This document shows, one piece after another, positions 38,066 through 47,681 of a DNA stretch of 64,000 bases; positions within the stretch are counted from its first letter, which is position 1, and every line of letters starts with the position of its first letter. The DNA comes from Sphaerochaetaceae bacterium (lineage in GTDB: Bacteria > Spirochaetota > Spirochaetia > Sphaerochaetales > Sphaerochaetaceae). Position numbers and translations under genes: made by a program. Under the pieces are notes generated by a model that saw only the letters and a list, made by a program, of their open reading frames with translations, ran no database searches and was not told where the DNA came from. Location of the stretch: assembly GCA_041595335.1 (NCBI GenBank), contig JBFHKM010000001.1, positions 88-64,087 on the forward strand, read 5' to 3'.

Positions 38066-39124
38066 ATGTTAGATATAGAAAATAACACTCACAATCGTTT
38101 TAACCCTCTAACTGGGGAATGGGTTAAATGTTCACCTCATAGAGCAAAAAGACCTTGGCAGGGCCAGGTTGAAGAACCACAGAAAGATGATAGACCACAT
38201 TATGATGAAAAATGTTATCTTTGTGCAGGTAACAAAAGAACTTCAGGTGTGACAAACCCTCAATATGAATCAACTTATGTTTTCCAGAACGATTTTTCAG
38301 CAATACTTCCTGAAGGTTCAAATGAAAGTTTTGCAAAAGGTCCCAATGGTATGTTGCAGGCTAAAGGTGAAAGAGGTATCTGTAAGGTAATATGTTTCTC
38401 ACCTCGTCACGATTTAACAATCTCACGAATGAGTGTTGAAGGTATCGAGAAAATAATCAAAGTTTGGCAAGAACAGTACACTGAATTAGGTGATATCGAT
38501 TACATCAAGCATGTTCAAATATTTGAAAATCGTGGTTCTGTTATGGGTTGTTCTAATCCACACCCACATGGTCAGATCTGGAGTGAAGAAGTCATACCTG
38601 AAATTTCAGTTACAGAATGTAAAAATCAGATGTCATACAAAAAGGAACATGGCTCTGCTATGTTACTTGATTATGCAAAATATGAAGTGGAAGCAAAAGA
38701 AAGAATTATCGTTGCAGATGAACATTTCATCGCTGTTGTTCCATTCTGGGCAGTTTGGCCTTATGAAGCAATGATTCTTCCTGTAAAAAGAGAAATTGGA
38801 AGCATTGACGAATTGACTGAAGATGAAAGCAAGAGTCTTGCAAAAGTGATGAAAGCTTTAGGAATCAGATACGATAATTTATTCAAAACAAGCTTCCCTT
38901 ATTCAATGGGTATTCACCAAAGACCAACAGATGGTAATAAATATGAAGGTTGCATGATGCATTTCCACTATTATCCACCACTACTTAGATCAGCTTCTGT
39001 TAAGAAATTCATGGTAGGATATGAATTATTAGCTATGCCTCAAAGAGATATCACTGCAGAAACAGCTGCCAAGAATCTCAGAGAGTTAAGTGATGTTCAC
39101 TATTTAGATACTCTGGAGGACTAA
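38066..39124 (+). CDS. galT: Galactose-1-phosphate uridylyltransferase
   Basis: 352 aa. 'CYLCAGN' zinc site, active site 'NPHPHGQIW'. Confidence 0.95.
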   Translation: MLDIENNTHNRFNPLTGEWVKCSPHRAKRPWQGQVEEPQKDDRPHYDEKCYLCAGNKRTSGVTNPQYESTYVFQNDFSAILPEGSNESFAKGPNGMLQAKGERGICKVICFSPRHDLTISRMSVEGIEKIIKVWQEQYTELGDIDYIKHVQIFENRGSVMGCSNPHPHGQIWSEEVIPEISVTECKNQMSYKKEHGSAMLLDYAKYEVEAKERIIVADEHFIAVVPFWAVWPYEAMILPVKREIGSIDELTEDESKSLAKVMKALGIRYDNLFKTSFPYSMGIHQRPTDGNKYEGCMMHFHYYPPLLRSASVKKFMVGYELLAMPQRDITAETAAKNLRELSDVHYLDTLED

Positions 39125-39128
39125 ATAA

Positions 39129-40394
39129 ATGATAAACGCAAAAGGAATAAAAGAAGGAAAATTACATGATATCTATCCAAAACTTTATGGTTGTTTCTAT
39201 GAAGAAAAGGATATGGATGAACGTTTTACTAAATTGATGAACATGCACACTGAGCTTTTCAAAAAAGACAGTGCTTGCTTGTTCTCTACAGCTGGAAGAT
39301 CTGAACTAGGTGGAAATCACACAGATCACAACCTTGGTAAGGTCCTAGCTTGCACAATCTCACTTGATACAGTTGGAGCTGTTAACTCAACTGATGATAA
39401 TATTGTTACTTTGATCAGTGAAGGTTTTCCTGCAGTTGAAGTAAATTTATCTAATCTTGAAAAGGTCGATTCTGAAGAGAACACCACTGATTCCCTGATT
39501 CGAGGAATTGCAAGAGCATTCAAAGATAGAGGCCTGACTATTGGTGGTTTCAACGCAAACACAACAACAAACGTCTTGAAAGGAAGTGGTTTATCTTCTT
39601 CTGCAGCTATTGAAATTCTGTGCGCAACTATTTTCAACCATCTTTACAATGATGACAAACTTGATCCTGTAGAGCTTTCTATAATCTCACAGTTTGCTGA
39701 AAATGTTTATTATGGCAAACCCAGTGGTTTGATGGATCAAATTGCATGTGCAAAAGGTGGAATAGTGGCCATCGATTTTAAAGACAAGAGCCATCCAAAA
39801 GTTATCAACAAGCATATTTCTTTTGATAAAGAAGGTTATGCTTTGGTTATTGTAGATACAAAAGGTGATCATGCAAATCTAACATCTCATTACTCATCAA
39901 TTCCTAAAGAAATGAATGAAGTTGCATCATATTTTGGAAAGAACTATTTAAGAGAAATAAGCAAGGAGCAATTCCAAGAAGCATTGCCTTCTCTTCGTTC
40001 CACTCTAAACAATGATAGAGCTCTTTTGAGAGCATTCCATTTTTTCAATGAAAATGAGAGAGTTGATCAGCTTGTTGATTCAATAGATAGCAATGAATTT
40101 GATAAGTATCTAAAACTTATAAATGAATGCGGAAGATCATCTTTTTGTTATCTTCAAAACTTATATGCAGAGACAACTTTCCAAGGCCTACCATTGGCTC
40201 TTGCTATGAGCGAGGAGATTCTTGGCGGAGATGGTGCATGCAGAGTACATGGTGGAGGATTTGCAGGTACAATCCAAGCTTATGTACCAATGAACAAACT
40301 CAAAAAGTATGTATGTGAGATGAATCTAATTTTTGGAGATAACTCTGCAACTGTTTTATCTGTCAGAGATTTACCTACCTGCTGCATTGCTTAG
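39129..40394 (+). CDS. galK: Galactokinase
   Basis: 421 aa. 'GRSELGGNHTDHN' galactokinase signature, GHMP 'GSGLSSSAA'. Confidence 0.95.
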   Translation: MINAKGIKEGKLHDIYPKLYGCFYEEKDMDERFTKLMNMHTELFKKDSACLFSTAGRSELGGNHTDHNLGKVLACTISLDTVGAVNSTDDNIVTLISEGFPAVEVNLSNLEKVDSEENTTDSLIRGIARAFKDRGLTIGGFNANTTTNVLKGSGLSSSAAIEILCATIFNHLYNDDKLDPVELSIISQFAENVYYGKPSGLMDQIACAKGGIVAIDFKDKSHPKVINKHISFDKEGYALVIVDTKGDHANLTSHYSSIPKEMNEVASYFGKNYLREISKEQFQEALPSLRSTLNNDRALLRAFHFFNENERVDQLVDSIDSNEFDKYLKLINECGRSSFCYLQNLYAETTFQGLPLALAMSEEILGGDGACRVHGGGFAGTIQAYVPMNKLKKYVCEMNLIFGDNSATVLSVRDLPTCCIA

Positions 40395-40417
40395 TAATTT
40401 ATTTTTTTTAGAAATAC

Positions 40418-40456
40418 CATCCTTTATTTGCATCTTGCAGATAGAGGATATTTTTT
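40418..40456 (+). terminator. Rho-independent terminator of galTK
   Basis: ATCCTTTAT-N13-ATAGAGGAT (one G.U pair) followed by AT7. Confidence 0.6.
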
Positions 40457-40717
40457 TGCATTACTTACCAACACTTTTTTTCATTTTTAATTTTTCATAT
40501 ATTCAAGCATAATCAATTTTAAATTCTGATAGTATACAATTCAATATATTCTGTTACTTTCAATTCAAATTTATACACATAAGTTGCAATAATTTTGAAA
40601 TTAATTACACCTATTTAAACATGTTTTTCTTTACAGTTATTCCTTAATACTAAAATAAAATTACTTTATGTATATAATACATCATGTTATAATTACTTAC
40701 AACGAAAGGAGGTATAC

Positions 40718-40768
40718 ATGCAAATAGGACGAATCCATAAAAAAAATTATAATTTGCTTTATCATTAA
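40718..40768 (+). CDS. Candidate 16-codon micro-ORF (MQIGRIHKKNYNLLYH)
   Basis: ATG preceded by AAAGGAGG with a 5-nt spacer, the best SD seen in this window. No other support. Confidence 0.2.
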   Translation: MQIGRIHKKNYNLLYH

Positions 40769-40824
40769 ATTAAGTCAATATATCCAATTACTCAAAAATA
40801 ACAAAATTGCAAAGGATTTAAAAA

Positions 40825-41319
40825 ATGAAAGAAAAAAACAAAACTGCAGTTAATTATTATAAAGCATTGAAATATATTATTGATTTATCAAATTTAAATG
40901 TAAGAGAATTTTCTCTAGCTGCGTCAATTTCAGAGAGTTTGGTAAGACATGCTGATGATACATGGAATCCCAAATATACAACTATTGAAAAGATATGTAA
41001 TGTAATACATATTTCAGTTCCTAGTTTTTACAATATAACAGATCATCTTGCAGGAAATACAGGTAAGGTCAAACTGGACTATCGCATTCAAAAACAAGAA
41101 ATTTCTCCTCAGGAATTGAGTTTGAAACTTCGAAGAAAAAGAACCAGCAACAATATTACAGAGGGCAAGCTTGCAGCAAAAACAGGTTTTGACAAATCGA
41201 ATATCAGCAAAAGAGAAAGTCAAAATAGTCAATCTATTATGCTATGCTCAACATTAGAAATTTATGCCGATAGTTTTGGTCTGTCTATGAAACAGCTTTC
41301 TAATTATCTATATGAATGA
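40825..41319 (+). CDS. XRE-family transcriptional regulator with two tandem HTH domains
   Basis: 164 aa. Two Cro/C1-type HTH modules ('LNVREFSLAASISESLVRHA' and 'ITEGKLAAKTGFDKSNISKRE'). Confidence 0.7.
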   Translation: MKEKNKTAVNYYKALKYIIDLSNLNVREFSLAASISESLVRHADDTWNPKYTTIEKICNVIHISVPSFYNITDHLAGNTGKVKLDYRIQKQEISPQELSLKLRRKRTSNNITEGKLAAKTGFDKSNISKRESQNSQSIMLCSTLEIYADSFGLSMKQLSNYLYE

Positions 41320-41391
41320 TGAAATAGAATCTGAAATAAGAACTTTAGAGCTATAAGCTTGATGAAAACTTAGCTTTTATATTCAAACAAG

Positions 41392-41436
41392 AAGAGCTAC
41401 TGCAGAGTCACCAATGGACTTTACAGTAGCTCTTTT
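41392..41436. terminator. Hairpin between the convergent XRE gene and thrC
   Basis: Perfect 11-bp stem AAGAGCTACTG/CAGTAGCTCTT, 21-nt loop, T4 after it. Confidence 0.5.
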
Positions 41437-41453
41437 ATATTTATTTGTATCAA

Positions 41454-42725
41454 TTAAAAAATATCGTGATAATCAGTTCCAACACTTATAAAATTACTTT
41501 CTTTATTTAAAAGTACCTTTAGATTTTCTGGAACCTCAACAGTTGTCTTTATTAAAGGCTCAACAATTGTTTCAAATTTTGCAGGGTGAGCTGTTGAAAC
41601 GACAATAGAAGGTTTGCCTTCAAAATGGTCTTTTCTCACTCTCTCTGCACAGGCTGTATGAGGACAAATAATATATTTTTCCATATCATAAGTTTCTTTA
41701 ATTGTTCTTTTGATTGTCTCATCATCCACACTCCAAGACTTTACAAAATCTCTGAATACATCAATATCACTGTACAGATCAAACAGTCTTTCCATATTTG
41801 AAGGAGCACCTACGTCCATTGCATTAGCAAGAGTTGCAATGCTCTGTCTTGGTACATATTTACCTGATTCAATATAATCAGGTATGGTTCTGTTTGCATT
41901 TACAGCTAAAGATATACTTTCTATAGGAGATCCCATTGTGAAAGCCCAATAAGCACCACAGCTATTTCCAACATTTCCTGATGGAATGATAAAATTAGGA
42001 TTCTCACCATAAAGCTGTTTGTATAAGTGAGATGAATAGACATAGTAAACACTCTGAGGAAGAAGACGACCAAGATTTATTGAGTTGGCACTTGATAGTC
42101 CCCATTTCTCACTCAATTCCTTGTCCATGAATGCATCTTTGACCATCTTCTGACAATCATCAAATGTACCATCAACTTCATATGCTGTAATATTGTCTCC
42201 CCAAACAGTAAGTTGTTTCTGCTGTCTTTGAGATACTCTACCTTTTGGATATAAAACTTTAACATTTATACCCTTCTTGCCATGAAAAGCTGCCGCTACT
42301 GCACCACCTGTATCACCACTGGTTGCAACTAAAATGGTCAATTTTCTATTCTGCTTTTCAATTAATTTTTCCATTGTTGAAGCAAGAAATCTTGCACCAA
42401 AATCTTTAAATGCAGCTGTAGGACCATGAAATAATTCCAGTGTTGTCTCTTTTCCATTATTTTGTACCAGAGGAACTGGAAAGTTAAATGCATCCATACA
42501 TATTTCAGCAACGTCGTCAGTTTTTAAAAATTTATCTTTATCAAAAAAAGGTGCCAACACTTCAAAAGCCATCTCTGGGTAATTTGATATATTGTTGATG
42601 TTCAGATGTGCCAAAGAAGGAAATTCTTCTGGTACATATAGACCACCATCATCTGCCAAACCTTTTAAAATAGCTTCACTGGCAGTTAAAGGTTTTACCA
42701 ATCTTCTTGTTGAAACAAAATTCAT
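41454..42725 (-). CDS. thrC: Threonine synthase
   Basis: 'FHGPTAAFKDFGARF' PLP-lysine motif. ATG at 42725 with AGGAGA SD, preferred over 42752, which overlaps thrA. Confidence 0.92.
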   Translation of the reverse strand: MNFVSTRRLVKPLTASEAILKGLADDGGLYVPEEFPSLAHLNINNISNYPEMAFEVLAPFFDKDKFLKTDDVAEICMDAFNFPVPLVQNNGKETTLELFHGPTAAFKDFGARFLASTMEKLIEKQNRKLTILVATSGDTGGAVAAAFHGKKGINVKVLYPKGRVSQRQQKQLTVWGDNITAYEVDGTFDDCQKMVKDAFMDKELSEKWGLSSANSINLGRLLPQSVYYVYSSHLYKQLYGENPNFIIPSGNVGNSCGAYWAFTMGSPIESISLAVNANRTIPDYIESGKYVPRQSIATLANAMDVGAPSNMERLFDLYSDIDVFRDFVKSWSVDDETIKRTIKETYDMEKYIICPHTACAERVRKDHFEGKPSIVVSTAHPAKFETIVEPLIKTTVEVPENLKVLLNKESNFISVGTDYHDIF

Positions 42726-42738
42726 ACTAATATCTCTC

Positions 42739-45126
42739 CTATAATCTTGCACCTAAATATGCTGATAATCTTAATATATCGGAAAATACTCCGCCAGCTG
42801 TTACCTCTCTACCTGCTCCAGGTCCTTTGATGACCAAAGGTTGTTCTAAATATCTATCAGTGGTGAAGCAGATAACATTATCTGTTCCACTTGCCTGAGA
42901 GAAAGGATGCTCCATTGGATAGGCTGTTAAGGCAACACTGCATTTACCATTTTCATCTACCTTACCTACGTAACATAGACGTTTGTCTTCTTTTTTTGCA
43001 TCATTGTAACGTTTTAACATTGCATCATCTAACTGTGTTAGATTTTTAAGGAACTCATCAATAGGTAGTTTTGCTAGCTCTTCTGGAACCAAGCTTTCAA
43101 TATCCAAATCAGATACCTCAACTTCATAACCAAGCTCTCTTGCAAGGATAACAGTTTTTCGTGCAACATCCATACCTGATAAATCATCACGAGGATCTGG
43201 TTCTGTGTATCCCATGTTTTTAGCATTCATAACAAGTTCACTGAAAGGAACCATTCCATCATAGTTATTGAACAACCAAGCAAGTGTACCTGATACCACA
43301 CCTTCTATTGTTCTAACGTTATCACCTGTTTGAACTAAATCTTTCAATGTTCCTATTACAGGAAGTCCAGCACCTACAGTTGTTTCATAGAAGAATCTTC
43401 TACCAGTTTTGAGACAGGTATCAAATAATTTTTCATATTCACTGTATTCTGCTGTTCCAGCTTTTTTATTTGGAGTTATAACATGACAGCCCATGTTCTC
43501 AAGCCAATCAACATATTTAGAAGCAATATATGAACTTGAAGTGCAATCGATGATTGCGCGATGAGGGAAATATGTAGCTCCTACATGTTTGGCAAACACA
43601 TCAAGATCACAATCGACAGCTTCTTTTTCAAAAAGTTCCTGCCAATTATCAAGGTCAATTCCATCCTCTGATAAAAGCATCTTCTTGCTGCTAGCAATAG
43701 CTCTGATTCTTATATCAAGGTCAAACTTGTTCTTCAGTCTATCTTTTTCAGTTTTGATCTGGTCCAATAATGTTCCACCAATGTTACCAGGTCCAATCAA
43801 TCCAACAGAAAGTGCCTGTCTTGATAAAAAGAAAGCTGCATGAAGAGCTCTCAATGCTCTTCTACTTTCATTACCATTTATAACAGCACTGAGGTTTCTC
43901 TCGCTTGAACCCTGGGCAATGGCTTTAACATTGATACCAGCTCTTCCAAGTGATCTAAAGAATGTGCCTGCAACACCTTTTCTTCCTGCCATTTTATTTC
44001 CAACGGCAGCAATTATTGCCATATCATCAAATCTTTGAATGCTGTTGATTATGCCACTTTCCAATTCATCTTTAAATGTTTCTTTAATTGATTCAATAGC
44101 AACAGAAGCCTGTAAAGTATGAACTGCTATGGAGATTGAATATTCGCTTGAAGCTTGAGAGTATAGAATTACAGATATCTCTTGCATCTTCATGCAGTTA
44201 AACAATGTTGAAGAGAATCCAACTTGTCCACTGAGTCCAGCGCCTTCAATGTTAATTAAAGATATATTATGAATTACTGAAAAGCCTTTTACAGTTTGCT
44301 TATCATCTTTAACTTCTTCATCCATGACCACTTCTGTACCACTGTTATCAAAATCTTTCCAGCATTTTATTTTAACTGGAATTGATTCATTGAGTGCAAT
44401 TTTTATAGCTTTTGGATTGATTACATCCGAACCAAAATATGATAGTTCAGTAGCTTCATTAAAACTGAGCTTCTCGATTACAGTTGCACTTGGTACTTCA
44501 CTTATATCTGCAGTTCTCAGCAATGATTTGTTGTTCCAAAAAGTCATGTTATTTGCATGTAGGTTTACAGCAATTCTAGCTGCGCCTATCTCACTGTCAA
44601 AGCTAATTTTATTCTTATGAAGCGGAGCATTTACCAATATAATTGCACCATCTTCGATATCTGTAAGATTTATTGCATCTACATAATTGACTATTTTAGA
44701 TTTTGTATTATTTTTTTCCAACAATGCTTGAGCAATATTCACAACCCAGGTGCCAACTAGATAATCTAGATATCCAATTGTTCCATATGATGTATCCTGA
44801 ACTAGCCAAATAGCTTTCAATATATCTTCTATATTTGTAAAACCACGTCTGACAAGGTCAAGTAATCCAGATCTCCTTCCATCACTGAATTCCTTTGCTA
44901 TTAAAGTATTTATGGAGTCTTCACAGTTCTCCAATTCAATCCATACTTTCTCATCATGTGCTTTAGCACTCTCAATCAAACTCTTAGTATCTAAGAATTT
45001 ATCCTTATCTGAAGAGATGACCAGAACAGAAGAAACTGAAGATTTAACAACTTCATACAGTCTCTCACATCCTTCCTGGCAAAAAAGCATCTCTCCCTCT
45101 AAGGAATGAATTTGAATTTCTTTCAT
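42739..45126 (-). CDS. thrA: Bifunctional aspartate kinase / homoserine dehydrogenase
   Basis: 795 aa. N-terminal amino-acid kinase fold, ACT region, C-terminal 'GLIGPGNIGGTL' NAD site and homoserine dehydrogenase domain. Confidence 0.9.
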   Translation of the reverse strand: MKEIQIHSLEGEMLFCQEGCERLYEVVKSSVSSVLVISSDKDKFLDTKSLIESAKAHDEKVWIELENCEDSINTLIAKEFSDGRRSGLLDLVRRGFTNIEDILKAIWLVQDTSYGTIGYLDYLVGTWVVNIAQALLEKNNTKSKIVNYVDAINLTDIEDGAIILVNAPLHKNKISFDSEIGAARIAVNLHANNMTFWNNKSLLRTADISEVPSATVIEKLSFNEATELSYFGSDVINPKAIKIALNESIPVKIKCWKDFDNSGTEVVMDEEVKDDKQTVKGFSVIHNISLINIEGAGLSGQVGFSSTLFNCMKMQEISVILYSQASSEYSISIAVHTLQASVAIESIKETFKDELESGIINSIQRFDDMAIIAAVGNKMAGRKGVAGTFFRSLGRAGINVKAIAQGSSERNLSAVINGNESRRALRALHAAFFLSRQALSVGLIGPGNIGGTLLDQIKTEKDRLKNKFDLDIRIRAIASSKKMLLSEDGIDLDNWQELFEKEAVDCDLDVFAKHVGATYFPHRAIIDCTSSSYIASKYVDWLENMGCHVITPNKKAGTAEYSEYEKLFDTCLKTGRRFFYETTVGAGLPVIGTLKDLVQTGDNVRTIEGVVSGTLAWLFNNYDGMVPFSELVMNAKNMGYTEPDPRDDLSGMDVARKTVILARELGYEVEVSDLDIESLVPEELAKLPIDEFLKNLTQLDDAMLKRYNDAKKEDKRLCYVGKVDENGKCSVALTAYPMEHPFSQASGTDNVICFTTDRYLEQPLVIKGPGAGREVTAGGVFSDILRLSAYLGARL

Positions 45127-45188
45127 TTAACCGCCCTTTAAGGTTTAGTATATTGAACATAATAGTGAACATTATTCCAATATATACG

Positions 45189-45214
45189 AAAAAGAGCCCA
45201 TGGGGGCTCTTTTT
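45189..45214. terminator. Bidirectional hairpin, terminator of rpmB
   Basis: AAAAAGAGCCC-ATGG-GGGCTCTTTTT. Confidence 0.75.
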
Positions 45215-45245
45215 GCTATTCAAAGTTAGTTGTCTCTATTTAAGT

Positions 45246-45473
45246 TTAGAGATTATCTACTGCACCACTGCGAAGGCAACGTGTACATACTTTGATGGTA
45301 CTAGGAGTACCATTAACTGTAGTTTTGACAGTCACAAGATTAGGACGGAAAACACGTTTGGTCTTAACGCCGATGTGTTGTCCAACACCGCCCTTCTTCT
45401 TTGCCTGACCTTTTCTAGGAACGTTATTGCCTGCAATAGTTCCCTTACCGCAAATCTCACATCTACGAGCCAT
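45246..45473 (-). CDS. rpmB: 50S ribosomal protein L28 (long form)
   Basis: 75 aa. 'MARRCEICGKG...NNVPRKG...RVFRPNL'. Confidence 0.95.
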   Translation of the reverse strand: MARRCEICGKGTIAGNNVPRKGQAKKKGGVGQHIGVKTKRVFRPNLVTVKTTVNGTPSTIKVCTRCLRSGAVDNL

Positions 45474-45856
45474 ACTATATCCACCTTCAAAAAAAAATAT
45501 TGTTTTTCTAACGTTGTTACAAACAAGATGGTCCTTGATCGGGGATAAAACCCGTGAGCATTGAGCAAGGAACGAACATTAAGTGTGTTACAACTCTATG
45601 CAAAATACCAAATTATTTAGCTTGTGTAAATACCTAAAAGGCATATGCACATATATTTTTATTCAAAATATTGATAATAATTGATATTTCTCTTAATTTT
45701 CAACGCGATATTATAATAACGAATCTTTCTATTTTATTCTATAGATAATTGAAAATGAGAGTAATTTTTTGTCTTTTTTTTTACTTAACATTAAAAAAGC
45801 ATAATTATACTCAATATTATATTGATTGCATATATTTCAATCATTATGATTGAGGT

Positions 45857-46393
45857 ATGAAAAACAGTGAATTTAATCTACTAACAATAAAACTTAACCA
45901 AGACTTATATAAAGAAATAAACAAAAGTCGATGCAGAGGATTCAAAAAAGAAGGCAATCCTACTTTTAAAATTTTTGATGAGTGCTTGATTGTTGGAATT
46001 TTTAAGGATGATAAATTACCTTCAACTATTGAATATCCTAAATCTATTATAGAGATTGATAAAAGAGTTAGACTTGAAGGCAGCATTCTTCATTATGGAT
46101 TGACGGATGAATTGGATTTATTATCTTCTTCTTTAATTAGTGAAGAAGATGAGTTTTTTTTGAGATCATTCAAAGATAACATCTATTTTCCAATTAAAAC
46201 TTTTGTAAGAAACAATCTTTTCCCTATGATCTATCTTGCATCTGATTACAAAATGAATCCTTCTTCTTATAATTTAAAAACACCCTACTGTATAAATGAT
46301 ATAAGGCTGGAGCTATTGAAAATAAATTCAACGGAACTTGGTATCACTTGGTCTCTTCTTGATTATCGCCATCTCCAAAAGGACACAGTTTAA
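45857..46393 (+). CDS. Hypothetical protein
   Basis: 178-aa ORF, very AT-rich, no motif recognised. 3' end overlaps nth by 50 nt. Confidence 0.4.
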   Translation: MKNSEFNLLTIKLNQDLYKEINKSRCRGFKKEGNPTFKIFDECLIVGIFKDDKLPSTIEYPKSIIEIDKRVRLEGSILHYGLTDELDLLSSSLISEEDEFFLRSFKDNIYFPIKTFVRNNLFPMIYLASDYKMNPSSYNLKTPYCINDIRLELLKINSTELGITWSLLDYRHLQKDTV

Positions 46394-46985
46394 AAAGAAG
46401 ACATCTATCACATTCAGGCTTTCTTGCATGGCAGACATTTCGACCATGCAGATTGGCTGTCATGGAGAATCTATATAGATACTTATCTTCAAGCTTAGTT
46501 CTTATGAGCATTTCTATTTTTGTAGGGTCTTTCTCATCCACTATAGCAAGTCGATTTACAACACGTTTGAAATGAGTATCAACAATAACAGCACCTCTAT
46601 TATATATGTCGCCAATTACACAGTTCGCTGTCTTTCTTCCAACTCCTGGTAGTTTGATAAGCTCATCTATTTCAGATGGAACGTCTTTTCCGTCTAATGC
46701 TTTAGAACATTCAATAATATTTTTTGCTTTATTCCTATAAAAACCAGTTCTTTTTATTATGGTGCATACATCTTCATAATCTGCAATTGATAGATCATGA
46801 GCTGTAGGATACTTTATAAAAAGTTCATTAGTTACGATATTAACCATCTTATCAGTGCATTGTGCACTCAATATTACAGATATTAAAAATTGAAAAGGGT
46901 CTTTTTTATCCAAAAATGTTATATCTGCAGGTGAATTTTCATCTAAAATCTTATATATCTCTAAAATTCTTTCTTTTTCATTCAT
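46344..46985 (-). CDS. nth: Endonuclease III
   Basis: HhH 'LPGVGRKTANCV', catalytic Asp region, C-terminal 4Fe-4S 'CHARKPECDRCLLFKLC'. Confidence 0.93.
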   Translation of the reverse strand: MNEKERILEIYKILDENSPADITFLDKKDPFQFLISVILSAQCTDKMVNIVTNELFIKYPTAHDLSIADYEDVCTIIKRTGFYRNKAKNIIECSKALDGKDVPSEIDELIKLPGVGRKTANCVIGDIYNRGAVIVDTHFKRVVNRLAIVDEKDPTKIEMLIRTKLEDKYLYRFSMTANLHGRNVCHARKPECDRCLLFKLCPFGDGDNQEETK

Positions 46986-47023
46986 ATTTTCCCCAAAAAA
47001 GTGATTTTTTTTCAGTATAAGAG

Positions 47024-47052
47024 TAGACGTAACTCGTTACAAGTGTTATTCT
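47024..47052 (+). promoter_or_regulatory. Putative promoter of tRNA-Pro copy 1
   Basis: TAGACG-N17-TATTCT. The -10 ends 11 nt before the tRNA 5' end. Confidence 0.4.
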
Positions 47053-47063
47053 CACTTTCGTTA

Positions 47064-47136
47064 CGGGATGTCGCCTAGCGGCTATGGCGCCTGCTTTGGG
47101 AGCAGGATATCGGAGGTTCGAGTCCTCTCATCCCGA
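47064..47136 (+). tRNA. tRNA-Pro (anticodon UGG), copy 1
   Basis: Cloverleaf folded by hand: acceptor CGGGATG/CATCCCG, anticodon stem CCTGC/GCAGG, loop TTTGGGA, T-loop GGTTCGAGT. No encoded CCA. Confidence 0.9.
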
Positions 47137-47182
47137 TTACAATAAGTACTTTAAAATTTTGTTTTTATTTTTAAAAAACTAC

Positions 47183-47211
47183 TTGCAAAAAACTTTAGTA
47201 TTTGTTAATCT
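47183..47211 (+). promoter_or_regulatory. Putative promoter of tRNA-Pro copy 2
   Basis: TTGCAA-N17-TAATCT. Confidence 0.5.
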
Positions 47212-47223
47212 CAATTTCGTTAA

Positions 47224-47296
47224 CGGGATGTCGCCTAGCGGCTATGGCGCCTGCTTTGGGAGCAGGATATCGGAGGTTCGAGTCCTCTCATCCCGA
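47224..47296 (+). tRNA. tRNA-Pro (anticodon UGG), copy 2
   Basis: Identical 73-nt sequence to copy 1. Confidence 0.9.
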
Positions 47297-47417
47297 ATAA
47301 AGATTGCATATTATTGTCAGTCTTTTTTTATGTAATTTGTATTTTTATAATTCAATTGCATGTTTTATTTGGTACTTAAAATACTAAATAAATATAAAAG
47401 TTTTTTTAATATTACTA

Positions 47418-47446
47418 TTGCATAAAGCACTGAGATTTGTTATTCT
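47418..47446 (+). promoter_or_regulatory. Putative promoter of tRNA-Pro copy 3
   Basis: TTGCAT-N17-TATTCT. Confidence 0.5.
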
Positions 47447-47457
47447 CAGTCAAGTTA

Positions 47458-47530
47458 CGGGATGTCGCCTAGCGGCTATGGCGCCTGCTTTGGGAGCAGG
47501 ATATCGGAGGTTCGAGTCCTCTCATCCCGA
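47458..47530 (+). tRNA. tRNA-Pro (anticodon UGG), copy 3
   Basis: Identical 73-nt sequence to copies 1 and 2. Confidence 0.9.
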
Positions 47531-47531
47531 T

Positions 47532-47559
47532 AAGCACTCTTTTAATAAAGAGTGCTTTT
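47532..47559 (+). terminator. Rho-independent terminator after tRNA-Pro copy 3
   Basis: AAGCACTCTTT-TAAT-AAAGAGTGCTT followed by TTT. Confidence 0.7.
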
Positions 47560-47681
47560 CTTATGTATTTTTAGTTATATTTTTTTAATACTTCTAATCT
47601 CCTATTAATTACACAAGAAATATACACAAGCATTGAAATTTAAATTTTATTTTCTTAGGATTATCTAAGAAGGAGTCATTC

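Noticed and set aside
45474-45600. GC-richer segment upstream of rpmB that can be drawn as an imperfect hairpin (TCCTTG...CGGG-TTTTATC-CCCG...CAAGGA), considered as a ribosomal-protein leader.
   Set aside because: The stem has several mismatches. I know of no L28 autoregulatory leader with this shape, and there is no covariation evidence from a single sequence.
47084-47335. 83-aa ORF spanning tRNA-Pro copies 1-2, and a 77-aa minus-strand ORF (48893..49126) over tRNA-Arg copy 2.
   Set aside because: The reading frames are created by the tRNA sequences themselves, and no independent coding evidence exists.
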